Shown piece by piece: positions 26,001 to 40,023 of a DNA stretch of 64,000 nucleotides. Source of the DNA: Chiloscyllium plagiosum (taxonomy: Eukaryota). The first letter of the stretch is position 1. Each line of letters opens with the position of its first letter. Where the stretch lies: assembly GCF_004010195.1 (NCBI RefSeq), contig NC_057718.1, positions 10,493,181 to 10,557,180 of the forward strand, given 5' to 3'. Under the pieces are notes generated by a model. It was given only the letters and a program-made list of their open reading frames with translations, ran no database searches and was not told the origin of the DNA. The position numbers and the translations under genes were made by a program.

Positions 26001-29000
26001 ATAACTTTTATGGTGTGCAAACAAGGAACCATGTAACCTTCCGCACATGTGCAGTTTATATGTGCAGAATCGCCCCTCGGATTGTGTAGCAAAAAACAAA
26101 CATCAGTAGAACTATAATCGGGCAAAGGTTAGTGTTTTCAATTATATTTGGGCTGGGGAAGAAAACAAAAGAGGATGCTCAAGTCACAACACTGATTACA
26201 ATATTTTAATAGTGCACCATATGATTTACAACATCCTGAGTTAATATTTTCATCAGGTTGTCTGACCTCAGCATAGAAAACAGAGTAGTTACTACCCTGT
26301 AATAAGTTGTTCAGTGACTTTTTTCTAAACTTAACAAAAATGAATTGCAATCAGAAAGAACTGTTTAAAATAAAACAGAGATTTACCATGATGGCTGGAT
26401 AATTTCACAGTAAAGAATTTGATAGCTATAAAGAACTCTTTGTGTAACTATGGGCTCCTGCAATATGCAGATGATCAGGAGCCCAGGGGCTGTTGACAAG
26501 TGATGCTGATTAGTTCTGAGCTAACTGAGCAGGTTGAAACTGGAAATAAGTTACAGAAACAGAGACATAGAGGGAGAGACAAAAAGTCAGAAGTGTGTGC
26601 AGTTGTTCTCCCCTGCATAAGGTGCCAGTTCTCTGCCGTTAAAAAAACTCCACTTAACCTCACAGAAAACTGGTTACTTTTTCTGTAGCAGTTATTCGGA
26701 GCTGTGACTTTTCATTTGATAAATCAGACATTTGTACAAATGAACCATGCACTGTGTGTCTCTTACAAACGATTCAAAGCATTCAGAAAAGTCAACTAAA
26801 CACCTACAACTTGACTAGCTAAAGTACCATTTCAACACAGGAATCAGGAATGAAAGACAACTGAACTGATTTTCCAGCTTTTCTACCTCGACCAATAATC
26901 AATTTTCTGTATTTATTTTCCTGAGTGCGTGCTTGTATAAGAAGGAGGTTGTAAGGGGATAAGACTTTTAGTTTTTAAAGAGTTACACACCAATGGTTTG
27001 TCTGTTTATCTGCAGCTATAGTCTAGTTACTTGTAATCAATAATTTGTGGCAAGTACAGAAATCTGACCAGTATTTTTTATCAGCTCAATCTGAAAGTCA
27101 GGTAAAATGAGGTACTGCATTTATCACAATTGTTATCGCCTCCTTTGGCACGTTTTGGCTGATCACACATGCACTGGTTCTATTACCTAGTGTCAATCAC
27201 CTGCCTTTTGCCACATCCCTACTCACCATTTCTAATCAAATAATCATTCACTGCCCTCTTGAATCCCTTAACTGAAAGCATCCACCACATTTCCAGGCAG
27301 TACGAATGATAACCTACCTACAAGCAGTGTGAAAAAGGTTTTATCTTACATCACTATTACATTGTTTTCACATCACTTTAAATCTATACCTTTTTTTCCC
27401 TTTAACAAGCAGGAACAGCTTCGCCCTATTTACTCTGAACAGCCTACTCATGATTTTGAAAACCTCAATCAGATTTTCTCTCAGCCTTCTTCTCACCAAG
27501 TAGAACAGTTCCAACTTCTGCAATCCATCTTCATAACTTCTCATTCCTGACGCCATTCTTGTATATTGCTCAGCAGTCTCTGCAATGCACTGATATCTTT
27601 CTTACAGTTTGTGGCATCCACAACTGTGTAAAATGCTCTCAAGTCCAAAAAATTACCTTATACAAGTTCATCACCACCTCCCTGCACTTGCCCCTATTCA
27701 TAAAGCTGTATGTTTTATTAGCTGCTCTCTTCACCTGTCCTGCCAACTTCAGTGACCTTGTGAACATATACACCCAGTTTCTACCACTCCGGCACCCTAT
27801 TTAGAACTGTACCCCTATTTTATATTATGACCAAAGTGCATCACCTCAAACATCTGTGTATTGAACCTCAATTGACACCTATTCATCCATAACACCAACT
27901 TAGTAATGTTCAGGAAAACTACTGTTTTGAAAGATCATCAATTATGAGCACTCCAGCAACTTGGAAAAGCAGCTGTAGCATATCAGCATAACCTTAAACC
28001 CAAAAACACGAGGACAACATTGAGCAAACCTGCTAGTATCTCAGGGATTAAATACTCATGAGCAGACTGGCAGTCAAGACAGCTTCAACCCCTAACTCAA
28101 GCTCACACCTTCCTCACTTGCACTTATTTCTGAGGTCCAAAGAATGACAGCTTCTTCAAAATAAACTGTAAAAGGTAATGAAATAGCTACCTCTTCACTG
28201 TCTTCCTCTTCTGCTTCTTCAGATTCATCCTCGCTGTCCTCAAAGAAGACAGATTTAGCTGCTCGCTGTGATTTGGCAGATGATGAGCAGGACGGCCCAG
28301 CATCAACTGTGGATGATGACACAACAGCCTCTTCAGAGGTGCCTTTGCTGGCTTTGGCAGGTTCTTTGTCTGACCCAGATCCAGTAATGCTATCTCCACT
28401 TGCCAGTCCAGCTTCCTCACTTCCATAATCAGAACTTGAGGAGATTCCGACAGTCTCCCCCAATTTTCCATTTTTGCTCTTTTTCTCACCCATGCCTGCT
28501 TCACTGCTCTCCAACTCTCCATTAATCTCTTTTTCAGTTTTATTTGTCTCATCATCTTTAGGCAGAGGTTTCTTAACAGTGGGGGTAGTTTTGCTCTTTG
28601 AATGTTTGGCACTGTTCTGGTGTTGTCCATATCGAGTGAGTAACTCTTCAATTGTCATTGTAGCCTCTTCGTGTAAAAGTGCAGCCTCCTCATGGTCAAC
28701 TGGAAAAAAATAAACAAAAAAAATTTTGTTGATCTATTATGGGGTGGATGTATCTTACCAACTAAATAGCTTTAGGGAGTTATCACTAACATACTGGAAA
28801 GGGAAAGAATGCTTTTACCAGACCTGTACACTCATAACCTGATCCACATATGAAATATCTCCTAACTAAAGGATCAAACCTAAAAGTTTTTACAACAATT
28901 CATACACAAAGTTATTTAATAAAATTCTCATGCCTGATGGAATCCATGAATAAAATTTTCCCTGTTCTTTTCCATTTCGAGTTCATACCTATTTCAAAAC

Positions 29001-32000
29001 CTCTTTTAGTTTCTCCGGTGTTGTGGATTTGTAGGATATCTTTCACTATCAAATTTAGTTGTGACAAATAGGTCTTTTCAGAAGTAATAAACAACCTGCA
29101 TAAAAAAGGTAACCTGTCCATGTGGATTTCCAGAAGACAGCTGAAAAGATGCCACAAAGATACTACACAAAATGAGAACTCATAGTACAGGAGTAACATT
29201 GTTACAGATAGAGAATTGGTTTGTTAACAGTAAAGAGATGGAATAAAATGGATCAAGTTGGCAACACAGTTAAAAGTCAAATGCCAGAGATCAGGGATAG
29301 TTATTTACACAGTCTATATTAATGTGAGGAAAATACATATGTAACCTAATGCTCACCAATCTGCCTGCCACAGATGCATCTATGACAATATTGATAAGAG
29401 TGATTGTCATATTTCTTGTGGAGATGAAATCTGGCTTCACATTGATAATAACTTACATTTGTTGTGGGTATGTTCGCTGAGCTGGGAATTTGGTTAGCAA
29501 TGTTTTTATTGATTGGACTCCATCAATCAACACATTGACCGAGACCCAACTTGACCACTGCTACAAACAACTGAAACCGGCAACTGGAAACAGCAGGAAC
29601 AAAATCAAATAAATTCCAACTGACCAGTAAAGTGGCGCTTCACAGGAGGCTCCACAGCTCTGAGGATGTCACTGAGAAAGGAGACAAAACACTTGCAAAC
29701 CAAATTCCCAGCTCGGCGAACATACCCATAACAACTGCAAACGGCAAGTGAGCGACAATTCTTTACACAAACTTTGAGTATCTTACACCATGTTCTGTGA
29801 CACTACCATAGGGCTAAATGGGACAGACATTGACCAGATTTAGCAACTCAAATCTGGGTAATCATGAGGTGCTGTGGACCATCAGTACAGTATCATACCC
29901 CAACATCTAAATCGTCATGGCCTGGCAACAAGCCAGGGATCAATCTAGTTCAAAGATGACTGCAGAAAGGTATGCCAGAAGCAGACATATATAAAAATGA
30001 ATGGACAATCTGGAGAAATTACAAAATAAGACGACTCCGAGCATAAGCAGCAACTGATAGACAGTGTTAAGCAATTTCACAACCAACTCTGCACTCCTGC
30101 CACATCCAGTCAATTTACTGGAGGAGCGATTCCACAAACATCCCCATCAGACCAAAAGATAAGGCTGAACATAATCGCAACAATCTTCAGATGAAAGTAC
30201 AGTGGATGATCAAACTTGCCTCCTCCAAAAGCCCACTACATCACAGATGATTATTTAGTTAACTTGATTCACTCCACGTGTTATTAGGAAATGGTTGGAG
30301 ACACTGGATACTGCAAAAGCTGCGAGTCCTGACAATACTCCAGCAACAGTACTGAAGAGTTATGCCCCAGAACAGCTGCAGCAGTGGACAAGCTGTTCCA
30401 GTACAGCTAAAACACTGGCAGCTTCTCAACAATGTATGCAATATCCCAGGTATGTCCTGTATTCAAAAAACTGGACAAATTTACTGATTTACTTAGGATC
30501 ATCAGTAAAGTGATAGAACATGTCATTATCAGGGCCAACAAGAAGCACCCGCATACAGACGTCCAGTTTGGGTTCCGCCAGGGCCATTTAGCTTCTGACC
30601 TCATTACAGCCTTGATTCAAACACAAAAAACCTGAATTCCAGAAGGGAAGTGAGTAACAGCTCCTGACATCAAGTGGGGCATCAACCAAGTAGGGCATCA
30701 AGGAGCTGCAGGAAAACCAGAATCAATCTGAATCGGGGGGCAAACTATTGGTTGGAGTCATACTTGGCATATAGGAAGACAGATACGTTTGGAGACCAGT
30801 CATCACAGCTGCAGGAATTCCTCAGGTGGCATCCTAGGCCTTTCCTCCACCATAAAGTCAGACGTGGGAATGTTGATGATTGCACAATGTTCCGCACCAT
30901 ATGCAATCCCTCAGAAACTGAAGCATTCCATGTCTAAATGCAAAAAGAATTGGACAATATCCAGGCTTTGGCTGAAATGGGGGAATTATCATACCACACA
31001 AATGCCAGACAATGATCATCTCAAATAAGAGACTATCTAACCACAGTGACTGAAAGAACAGATTGAAGTCTATTAATACTTAAGTAATTCACCTCCTGAC
31101 TCCTTAAAGCCTGTCCACCATCAACAAGGCACAAGTCAGGAATGTGACAGAATACTCAACATGGCTGGATGCGGTTTAGCTCCAACAACACTGAAGAAGC
31201 TTGTCACTACCTGGGACGAAGCAACCCGATTGATTTGCAACACATCCACAAACATTCAGTCACTGCTCAATCGCAACAAGGTGTACTGTGTACAAGATGC
31301 ACTGTGGAAAGTCAAAGATCCTAAGACAGAACCTTTCAAATCCATTACCACGTCCAGCTAGAAGGACAAGGGCAGCAGGTACATGGGAACACCACAAACT
31401 GCAGGTTCACCTCCAAGGCACTCACCAACCTGACTGGATATATATCATCGTCCCTTCATGGTCACTGGGTCACAAGATCCTGGAATTTCCTCCCGAATGG
31501 CATTATGGGTTTACCAGCTCTCCATCAGGCAATCACGCATGGGCAATAAATGCTGGCACAGCCAATAATGCCCACATCCCATAAATGAAATAAAAACAAA
31601 ATTACTGAGACTAGGATACCATATAAATTTGCCGACGACAAACTTGGATAAATATAGTAAGTTGTGAATAGGATATAAAGATGGCTGCACAGGGACATAC
31701 AAGATGCATAGTAGTGAGGGAGGATTAATGACATGGTAGAAAACAAGAATAAAAATACAATTATAATCAGTTGTACATTTCTAGGGAATAACTGGTTTGC
31801 TTTAAATCAAATAACAAGGCACCCAACCAAAACTGAATTCTTTACATTGTTCATGCATTCTGGACCCTGACAACCAGTAAACAGAACTCAATTCAATCCA
31901 CTTATCTGTTTTATGGGATGTGGGCACTGATCAACATTTATTGCTGATTCCAATTTGCATGAAATGGTGTTGGTGAGTAGCCTTCATTAACTACTGTAGT

Positions 32001-35000
32001 CTATGTGGTAACAGTGGCACTCAGACGGCTGCTAACGGAGGGAGTTCCAGGATTACTTACAATGAAGAAATGGTGACGCATATCCAAGTCAGGACGGCAA
32101 GTGGCTAGCAAGAGATCCTGCAGATGACTGCAACAGGGTATCACTTTTTGTGGAATTTAAATTGTGTGTAATCAGGTCCCACTCCACTTAAAATCAGATT
32201 ACTTTCAGCTTACCATCATCTTCGTCAGCAACTTTCTCGCCATCATCCTCCTGAGGTCGGCCTGCGATCTGGGCAAGTTCCTTGATTACCATCTCCTCTG
32301 TGAGCTTGCTATCTATGGACAGAAAGGCATCCTCCAGTGCCTTGAATTCAAAAAGGTAAAGAAAAAATTAGATTAGATTAGATTCTCTACAGTGTGGAAA
32401 CAGGCTCTTTGGCCCACCAAGTCCACACTGACCCACCGAAGAGTAACCCAGCCAGACCCGCTTCCCTCTGACTAATGCACCTAACACCATGGGCCATTTA
32501 GCATGGCCAATTCACCTGACCTGCACATCTTCGGACTGTGGGAGGAAACCGGAGCAGACACGAGGAGAATGTGCAAACTCCACACAGACAGTCGCCAGAG
32601 GCTGGAACTGAACCTGGGACCCTGATGCTGTGAGGCAGCAGTGCTAACCACTGTGCTGCTCCATCTTAATGTTAAATTAGGGGTTTTGAATACTAATCAC
32701 AAGAAAAAGAATAGCGAATATAATTGGACATGGGGTTGCACTGGAAGAGGAAAATCACAAAACCTGTACTCAAACCATAACTGCTTCTCATGCAACCTCT
32801 TTGGAGTATTACACTTAAAAAAGAACAACCTAAAATTCAACACAAACTACTCCTGTGCACTATTAACAGTTAACTCAGAGGATAGTAGTGAGCAAGTAGC
32901 ATCAATTTGATTTAATTGCTACTGTGTTAGAAGGCTGATGTTCAAGATCAACTCTAGATTTCACAGCGAAATAAAAGCTGACACTTGCAGTTCGCCTCAT
33001 AAGATCCCTCAAAGTGGACTGTAACGACCTTTCATTTTGAAAACAAAGAAGTCCCCTCATATCTGGGCCAACTCCAACCCTCAGACCAATAGCAGTCAAA
33101 CAATAAATTGGTTATTCATCTGTTTGGCTGTTTGTGTGCCCACAGATGATGTTATAGATCATGAAATAATAGTCATCACTGTTTTGTCAATAATAATGAT
33201 CAGCTATTATGTAAAAGGCATCACATAAATCCAAGATCTTTCAATGCTGTGTTGACTTCTTAACTAGAAGAATGCAGTTTTTCAAAAAAATCACTTGTAA
33301 CAAAAAATGGAGCAATGTTTTCAAAGGTAATTTTTTTCCCCCCACAAATGACAGAGGCCTTAAATAATTCCAAGTTGGGAGTAGATAATATTACAGCTGC
33401 AATCTGACTTCCAAATAATTAGAAACAAAAACCTTGTAAACAACGTGCCCGTTCTTTGGAAACTGCCATGAGAGCAACTATACAACTATAAGTGCATTTA
33501 CGTGACAAACTATCCCAATACATTTCACAGCAGCATTATAAAGCAAGACATGAAATGGTGTCACATTCCTACAGCATTACCGAATTATGCTCGGACAAAA
33601 AGTTACAAAAGAAAAAACACTGGTCTTGGGATTGAAACACGACAGTGCTTCACTCTGAGTAAGGGGGAAAACATGCAAATTATTCAGATTTCTTAAATTG
33701 ACAACCATATTGAGGCCACCCTTAATGAGTTTAAGTAGCTCTTCAGCATCACCTGGTGGAAGAAATAAGAAGCTGCCAGAACTGAAAAATGTTGGACAAA
33801 TGGCTTTACAGGCTTAAAAAACCATGCTCCTTCACATTTGCTCAAAAGTATCATTTCCTCCCTTTTAGATTGTCTGGCTACATACTATTCCCACCTGCAC
33901 CAGTTTGGTTTCTTGCCCCTCCTTTGTGTCACAAGAGTTGACTGCTCAGGTAATCCATTCCTTTATCACCCACACTAGATATTAAGTTAACCTTTGCATT
34001 CAAGACAAGGTCCCTCAACATCAGGGAATGCAAGGGTTTTCCATTTTGACGCTGGGTCCAAACATTTAGACACTTAAAACTTGCCAAAAGTCAAACCCAA
34101 ATCCCTAAAGATAGTAAACCCAGCCACCTTCTTAACATTCAGCATAATCAAAGTTGAGACAAATACCCAAAGAGCATCCCCAAAAACTAGGAGGGAAACA
34201 AAACTATCGTCAACAAACTAAATGGAGATTACTACAATCAGGTCCTGATATTTGTCATGAACTGAGAGTTTAAGAAATTTGTAGAGGTCAATTCCCAATC
34301 CTTAAATAACTCCACTTCTTCCCACACCTTTGCACAAAAAGTGTCATAATGCACATGCAACACAATTGGATACTTCCTGCATAATGCTTTCATCTGGGGA
34401 GTGTTGCTGAACAAAAAGACATGGGTGTGCAAATGCACAGTTCTTTGAAAGTGGAGTTGGTGAAGGTGGCACTTGGCACACTGGCCTTCATTGGTCAACG
34501 CATTTAGTATAGGAATTGGGACAACATGTTAAGACTCCACAGACGCTGGTAAGGCCATTTTTAGAATACTGCCTTCAATTCCGGTCTCCCTGCTACAGGG
34601 AAGATGTTGTTAAACTTGAATGGATTCAAAAGATGATTCTGGGTAATCCAAGATGGAAGACGGAGAAAAACTTGCGGCTGTAAGAGCTGCTGCTTTTTTT
34701 GAGGTATTTTCAGTGTTGGAGGTGATTTCTTTGAATTCTGGGAGTAACATATACTGTTTTATATGATGTTGCATTGCTTTGGAACTTTGGGGTAAAAAGA
34801 TCAAAACAACAACACGTTTAAAAGGAGGAGGCAGAAAAATAGGCAGCGACCACATGGTCAGTGAGGGAGAGAGAGACACAAAGAAACCTACACTGCCGCA
34901 TTCCTAACTGACACAGCAGTGAATCTGCACAGTTATTGCCTTTGCTGTTTGAATCCATGTATCTCTGGACAACGGAGGGCATATAGGGAAAATTAACAAA

Positions 35001-38000
35001 CAGTGAAATTCACAGTTGACCTTGGAGGAATCTGTGTGGAAGAGCTCACAGTACAGGAACAGATAAGTGCATAGATTTTAAGTGTAACCCTGCTACAATA
35101 GTGAGTACAGTCGGTTCTTTCTTGACTATGTTTTATTTTACTGTGGAGAAGGACATGGAAGACAGAATGTGGGGAAATAGTTGGTGATATTTTGAAACAT
35201 GTCCGTAGTATAAAGGTGGTGGTGCTGGATGAATTGAAATGCATAAAAGTGGATGAATCCCCAGGACCTGATCAGGTGTACCCTAGAATTCTGAGAAGCC
35301 AGGGAAGTGATTGCTGGGCTCCTTGCTGAGATATTTGTCTCATCGATAGTCACAGGTGAGGTGCCGGAAGACTGGAGGTTGGCTAACGTGGTGCCACTGT
35401 TTAAGAAAGGTGGTAACGACAAGCCAGGGAACTATAGACTGGTGAGCCCTGACATCAGTAGTGGGCAAGTTGTTGTAAGGAATCCTGAAGGACAGAATTT
35501 ACATATATTTGGAAAGGCAAGGACTGATTAGGGATAGTCAATATGGCTTTGTGCGTGGGGAATCATGTCTCATTTTTGAAGGACTAACAAAGAGGATTGA
35601 TGAGGGCAAAGCGATGGACGTGATCTTTACGGACTTCAATAAGGCATTTGACAAGGTTCCTCATAGCCAACTGTTTAGCGAGGTTAGATCTCAAGGAATG
35701 CAGGGAGAAGGAGCCATTTGGATACAGAACTGGCTCAGAGGTAGAAGACAGACGGTGGCTTTTCAGACTGGAGGCCTGTGACCAGTGGTGTGCCACAAGG
35801 ATTGGTGCTGGGTCGACTGCTTTTTGTCATTTATACAAATGGTTTGGATGTGAGCATAAGATGTATAGTTAATAAGTTTGCAGGTGACACCAAAATTGGA
35901 GGTGTTATGGACAGTGAATATTACTGCAGAATATAACGGGATCTTGACCAGATGGGCCAAAGGGCTGAGAAGTGGCAGATGCAGCTTAATTTAGATAAAA
36001 GCGAGGTGCTGCATTTTGGAAAAGCAAATCAGAGCAGGACTTATACACTTAATTGTAAAGTCCTAGGGAGTGTTGCTAAACAAAGAGACCTTGGAGTGCA
36101 GGTTCATAGTTCCTCGAATGTGGAGTTGCAGGTAGATAGCATAGTGAAGACAGCGTTTGGTATGCTTTCCTGTATTGATCAGAGCATTGAGTATAGGAGT
36201 TGGGAGGCCAGGTTGTGGCTGTACAGGACATTGGTTAGGCCACTTTTGGAATATTGTGTGCAATTCTCATCTCCTTGCTATTGGAAGAATGTTGTGAAAC
36301 TTGAAAGTGTTCAGAAAAGATTTACAAGCATGTTGCCAGGATTGGAGGATTTGAGCTATTGGGAAAGACTGACACTGTTTTACCTGGAGCATTGGAAGCT
36401 GACCTTAGAGGTTTACAAAATTATGAGGGGCATGGATAGGATAAATAGACATGGTATTTTCCCTGCGGTAGAAAAGTCCTGAACTAGAGGGAGCACAGGT
36501 TTAGGAAGAGTGGAAAGACTTAAAAGAGACCCAAGGGGCAACTTTTTCATGCAGGGGGTGGTGCATGCATCAAATGAGCTGCCAGAGGAAGTGGTGAAGG
36601 CTGGTACAAATGTAGCACTTAAAGGTATCTGGATGGGTATATGAAGAGAAAGGGTTTAGACGGATATGGGCAGAATGTTGCAAATGGGACTAGATTAGGT
36701 TAGGATGGACGGGTTTGACCAAAAGGTCTGTTTCTGTGCTGTACGTCTCTATGACTAAAATATTTGGGTGTCATAGAGTGCGTTTTGTAATGGGTCTTGG
36801 GGACTGAGATTAAGATGGATCTGGTATCCCTCCTTTTGGGCTTGCCAAATCTCACTTCTTTGGACAAGCATGGGAAGCAACTGTTTAATATTCTTTCATT
36901 CTGTGCAAGGAAGAACATTATAGTGAGCTGGGTATCAGAGAATCCCCCGGGACTTTTGGGGAGGTGTAATTATTTATGGAGCACATCCCCCTGGATTTCC
37001 TTAAGCGTATGGTGCACCAGAAAACGGAACTGTTTTACAGAACATGGCGACTCTTCCTGAATTATTTAGACACAGACATGTCAGCTATATTGGTCAGTGC
37101 CTTTGTGTGGTCATGAGGGCTATGTCTGCTGGTGTGGGGTGCCCGGCAGGCAGAGTCCCGAACAAATACGGTATGCCTACTGATGTTCCCGGTGGTGGGG
37201 AGCTTTGGTTGGATTGCACTGAGTGTGTTAACTTAACTGAATGTAATTTAATTTACTTTGGTTTAACTTTGTTTAATTTAGATTTTTTTTAGTTATTTAT
37301 TTAATTGTAGTTTTTGTAGGTTTTTTTCTCTCTCTCCTCAGTGGTTTGTAGAGTAAAGTAGCAGTTTGTTTACGGTTATTGTTGTTATAAGGTTACTGCT
37401 TTGTAGTGATTTTGTAAAGAATTTAAAATCCCTTTTTCTCAATAAAAGTATTTACAAAAATAAAAAAGGATGTTGCCTGGATCTGAGAGTTTGAGGTGTA
37501 GAGAAGGACTGAATAGCATGGGGCTTTTTCCCTGGAGCTTTGGAGGCTGAACAGTGATCTTGTAGATGCTTATAAAACAAAGAGGCATGGATAAGGTGAA
37601 GAGCCAAGGTGTTTTTTTCCCCCAGGATAGGGGAGTCTAAAATTGGAGAGCATAGGGGAAAGATTTAAAAAAGGACCTGAGGGACAAATTTTTCACAAAG
37701 GTTGGTGTGTGTATGAACAAAGTGCCAGAGGAAGCAGTGGAGGCTGGTACAATTACAATATTTAAAAGACACCTGGATAGGTAGATGAATAGGAAGGGTT
37801 TAGATGGATATGGACCAAGTGTTGGCAAATGGAAGTAGATTAATTTAGCATATATGGTTGGCATGGATGTGTTAGACTGAAGGGTCTGTTTCCACACTGT
37901 ATGATTCTGGGAGGGTATCTGTGCAGGTTCCAGAGATGTATCAAATCCAGCTTCATTTTCCCAGAATCTGCACCACAAGTTATTCTCTCTCAGCATTTTT

Positions 38001-39964
38001 TACTGAGAGTCAGTGGAAAACCTGTGTTTTTAGAATTTGGCATCAAAATCAAGTTAAATTGAGAGAAACCAACTTTCCAGAAATCAAGCATCCCAGATGG
38101 TTTATCTTATATCTGACCTAGTCTATCGATGAATGCTTTGCTCTGTCAACCATATAAATTCCAACTCCAAAAGTCATACCTTCTGCAATTTTCCATTCCG
38201 ATAGGCCTGTTGGTTCTTAATAACATCAGGCAGGTACTTCGCACAATACAGTGCCACTTCTTCACCTGGAAGAAGTAAATTCAGGACATGAATTCAGACC
38301 AACTTATAATTTATTCCTTGAAAACATGAATTCAACAGTGACTGAGGAAATACACAGTAGTTGAGAGTTGGAAGAAAAGAACATGACATAACCTGGTGTT
38401 GTGTGATTTTTTAACTTTGTACACCCTAGTCCAACACCAGCATCTCCAAATCATGACATTTTGGATTATTAAGGAAGTCAGTTTTTTTTAAAATTCAGTC
38501 ATGGGATGAGGGAGTCACTAGCCAGGCCACTATTTATTACCCAGAGGGCAGTTAAGAGTCAACTCCATTGCTCTGGGTCTGGAATCACAGGTACACATTA
38601 CCAGGTAAGGATGGCAGTTTCCTTCCCTAAAAGGACATTAGTGAACCAGTTGGGTTTATCCAACAATTGACAATGTATTCATGGTCATCATTAAGACTTG
38701 ATTCCAGAATTTGTTTTGTATTGAATTCAAATTCCACCATCAGCCATGGCAGAATTTGAACTTAGGTTCCCAGGACATTGCTGGGGTCTCTGGATTAATA
38801 GTGATAATACCACTAAGCCATTGCCTACAGAGTAATCAAGTTGCAATGGTAAAACCATGGCTATACATTTCAACAATGTTGGCAACCAAGCAAGTAATAT
38901 GGACTTAAATGTAGGGTTTGAAATTCAGGCTTGGCTGAGCAGGACACCAAAGTCAAAGTCAAAGTCAAACAGCTGTGTATGTGTGGGGTCCACAAGCAGG
39001 AGTATTGTGAATCAGACAGAAGAGGCTCTTCTGCCCAAAGTCCATACTGCTGATAATATACTATCTATACTTGTCCTACTTTCCCATATTAGATGCAAAG
39101 CCATGAATAAGAATTTCAAGTGCTCATCCAAGCACTTTTTAAAGGTTGAAAGGTTTCCCATCTCAACATCTCTGGCATGGAGGGTCTGGCACGACACTCT
39201 GGGAAATGGTTTTCCCCAAATCCCCTCGAAACATCCTGCCTTTCAGTTTACAATTATGCCCCCTTGTTACTGACACTTCAACTGAAAGTGAACAGTTGTC
39301 TTCTATCTGCCCTGTACATGTCCCTCAAATCTTATACGGCTCATTCCTGAAGAAGGGCCTGTGCCCGAAACGTCGAATCTCCTGTTCCCTGGATGCTGCC
39401 TGACCTGCTGTGCTGTTCCAGCAATAAAGTTTCAACCTCAAATCTTATACACCTCAATCAGGTGCCCCTCATCCTTCTCTGCTCTGAAAACAACCCAAGC
39501 TTATCCAGCTGGTCTTCATAGCTCAAACACTCCATCCCAGGCCAAATCCAGGTGAATTTCCTTTGCATCCCCTCCAGCACAATCATATCCTTCCTCCAGT
39601 GTGGTGACCAGGACTGCACACAGTATGCCAGTTGCAGCTTAACCAAAGTTCTGTGCAGCTCCAATAAAACTCAATACTTTTGTAATCTATAGCTGATAAA
39701 GGCAACTGTCCCTTTTGCCTTCTTAATTATCCCACTAATTTGCGCTACACCTTCAGGGATCTGTGGACAGGCACCCAATTCATGAGGATATTTCCCTTGA
39801 CTCATTCCTTCTTCCAAAGAGCATCATCTCATATTTACCATGGTTAAATTCTATCTGCCACTGATCTGCCCATCTGACCAGCCCACTTATATACTTACTG
39901 TCAATCAATCAGGGAATCTTTGTCATCTTCAAGCTGATTTAGGATTGGCCTCGCCACCCTCCCA

Positions 39965-40023
<59 letters not shown>

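Noticed and set aside
28092..28658. 188-aa stand-alone ORF
   Set aside because: It is PPM1G exon 5 with read-through into the intron
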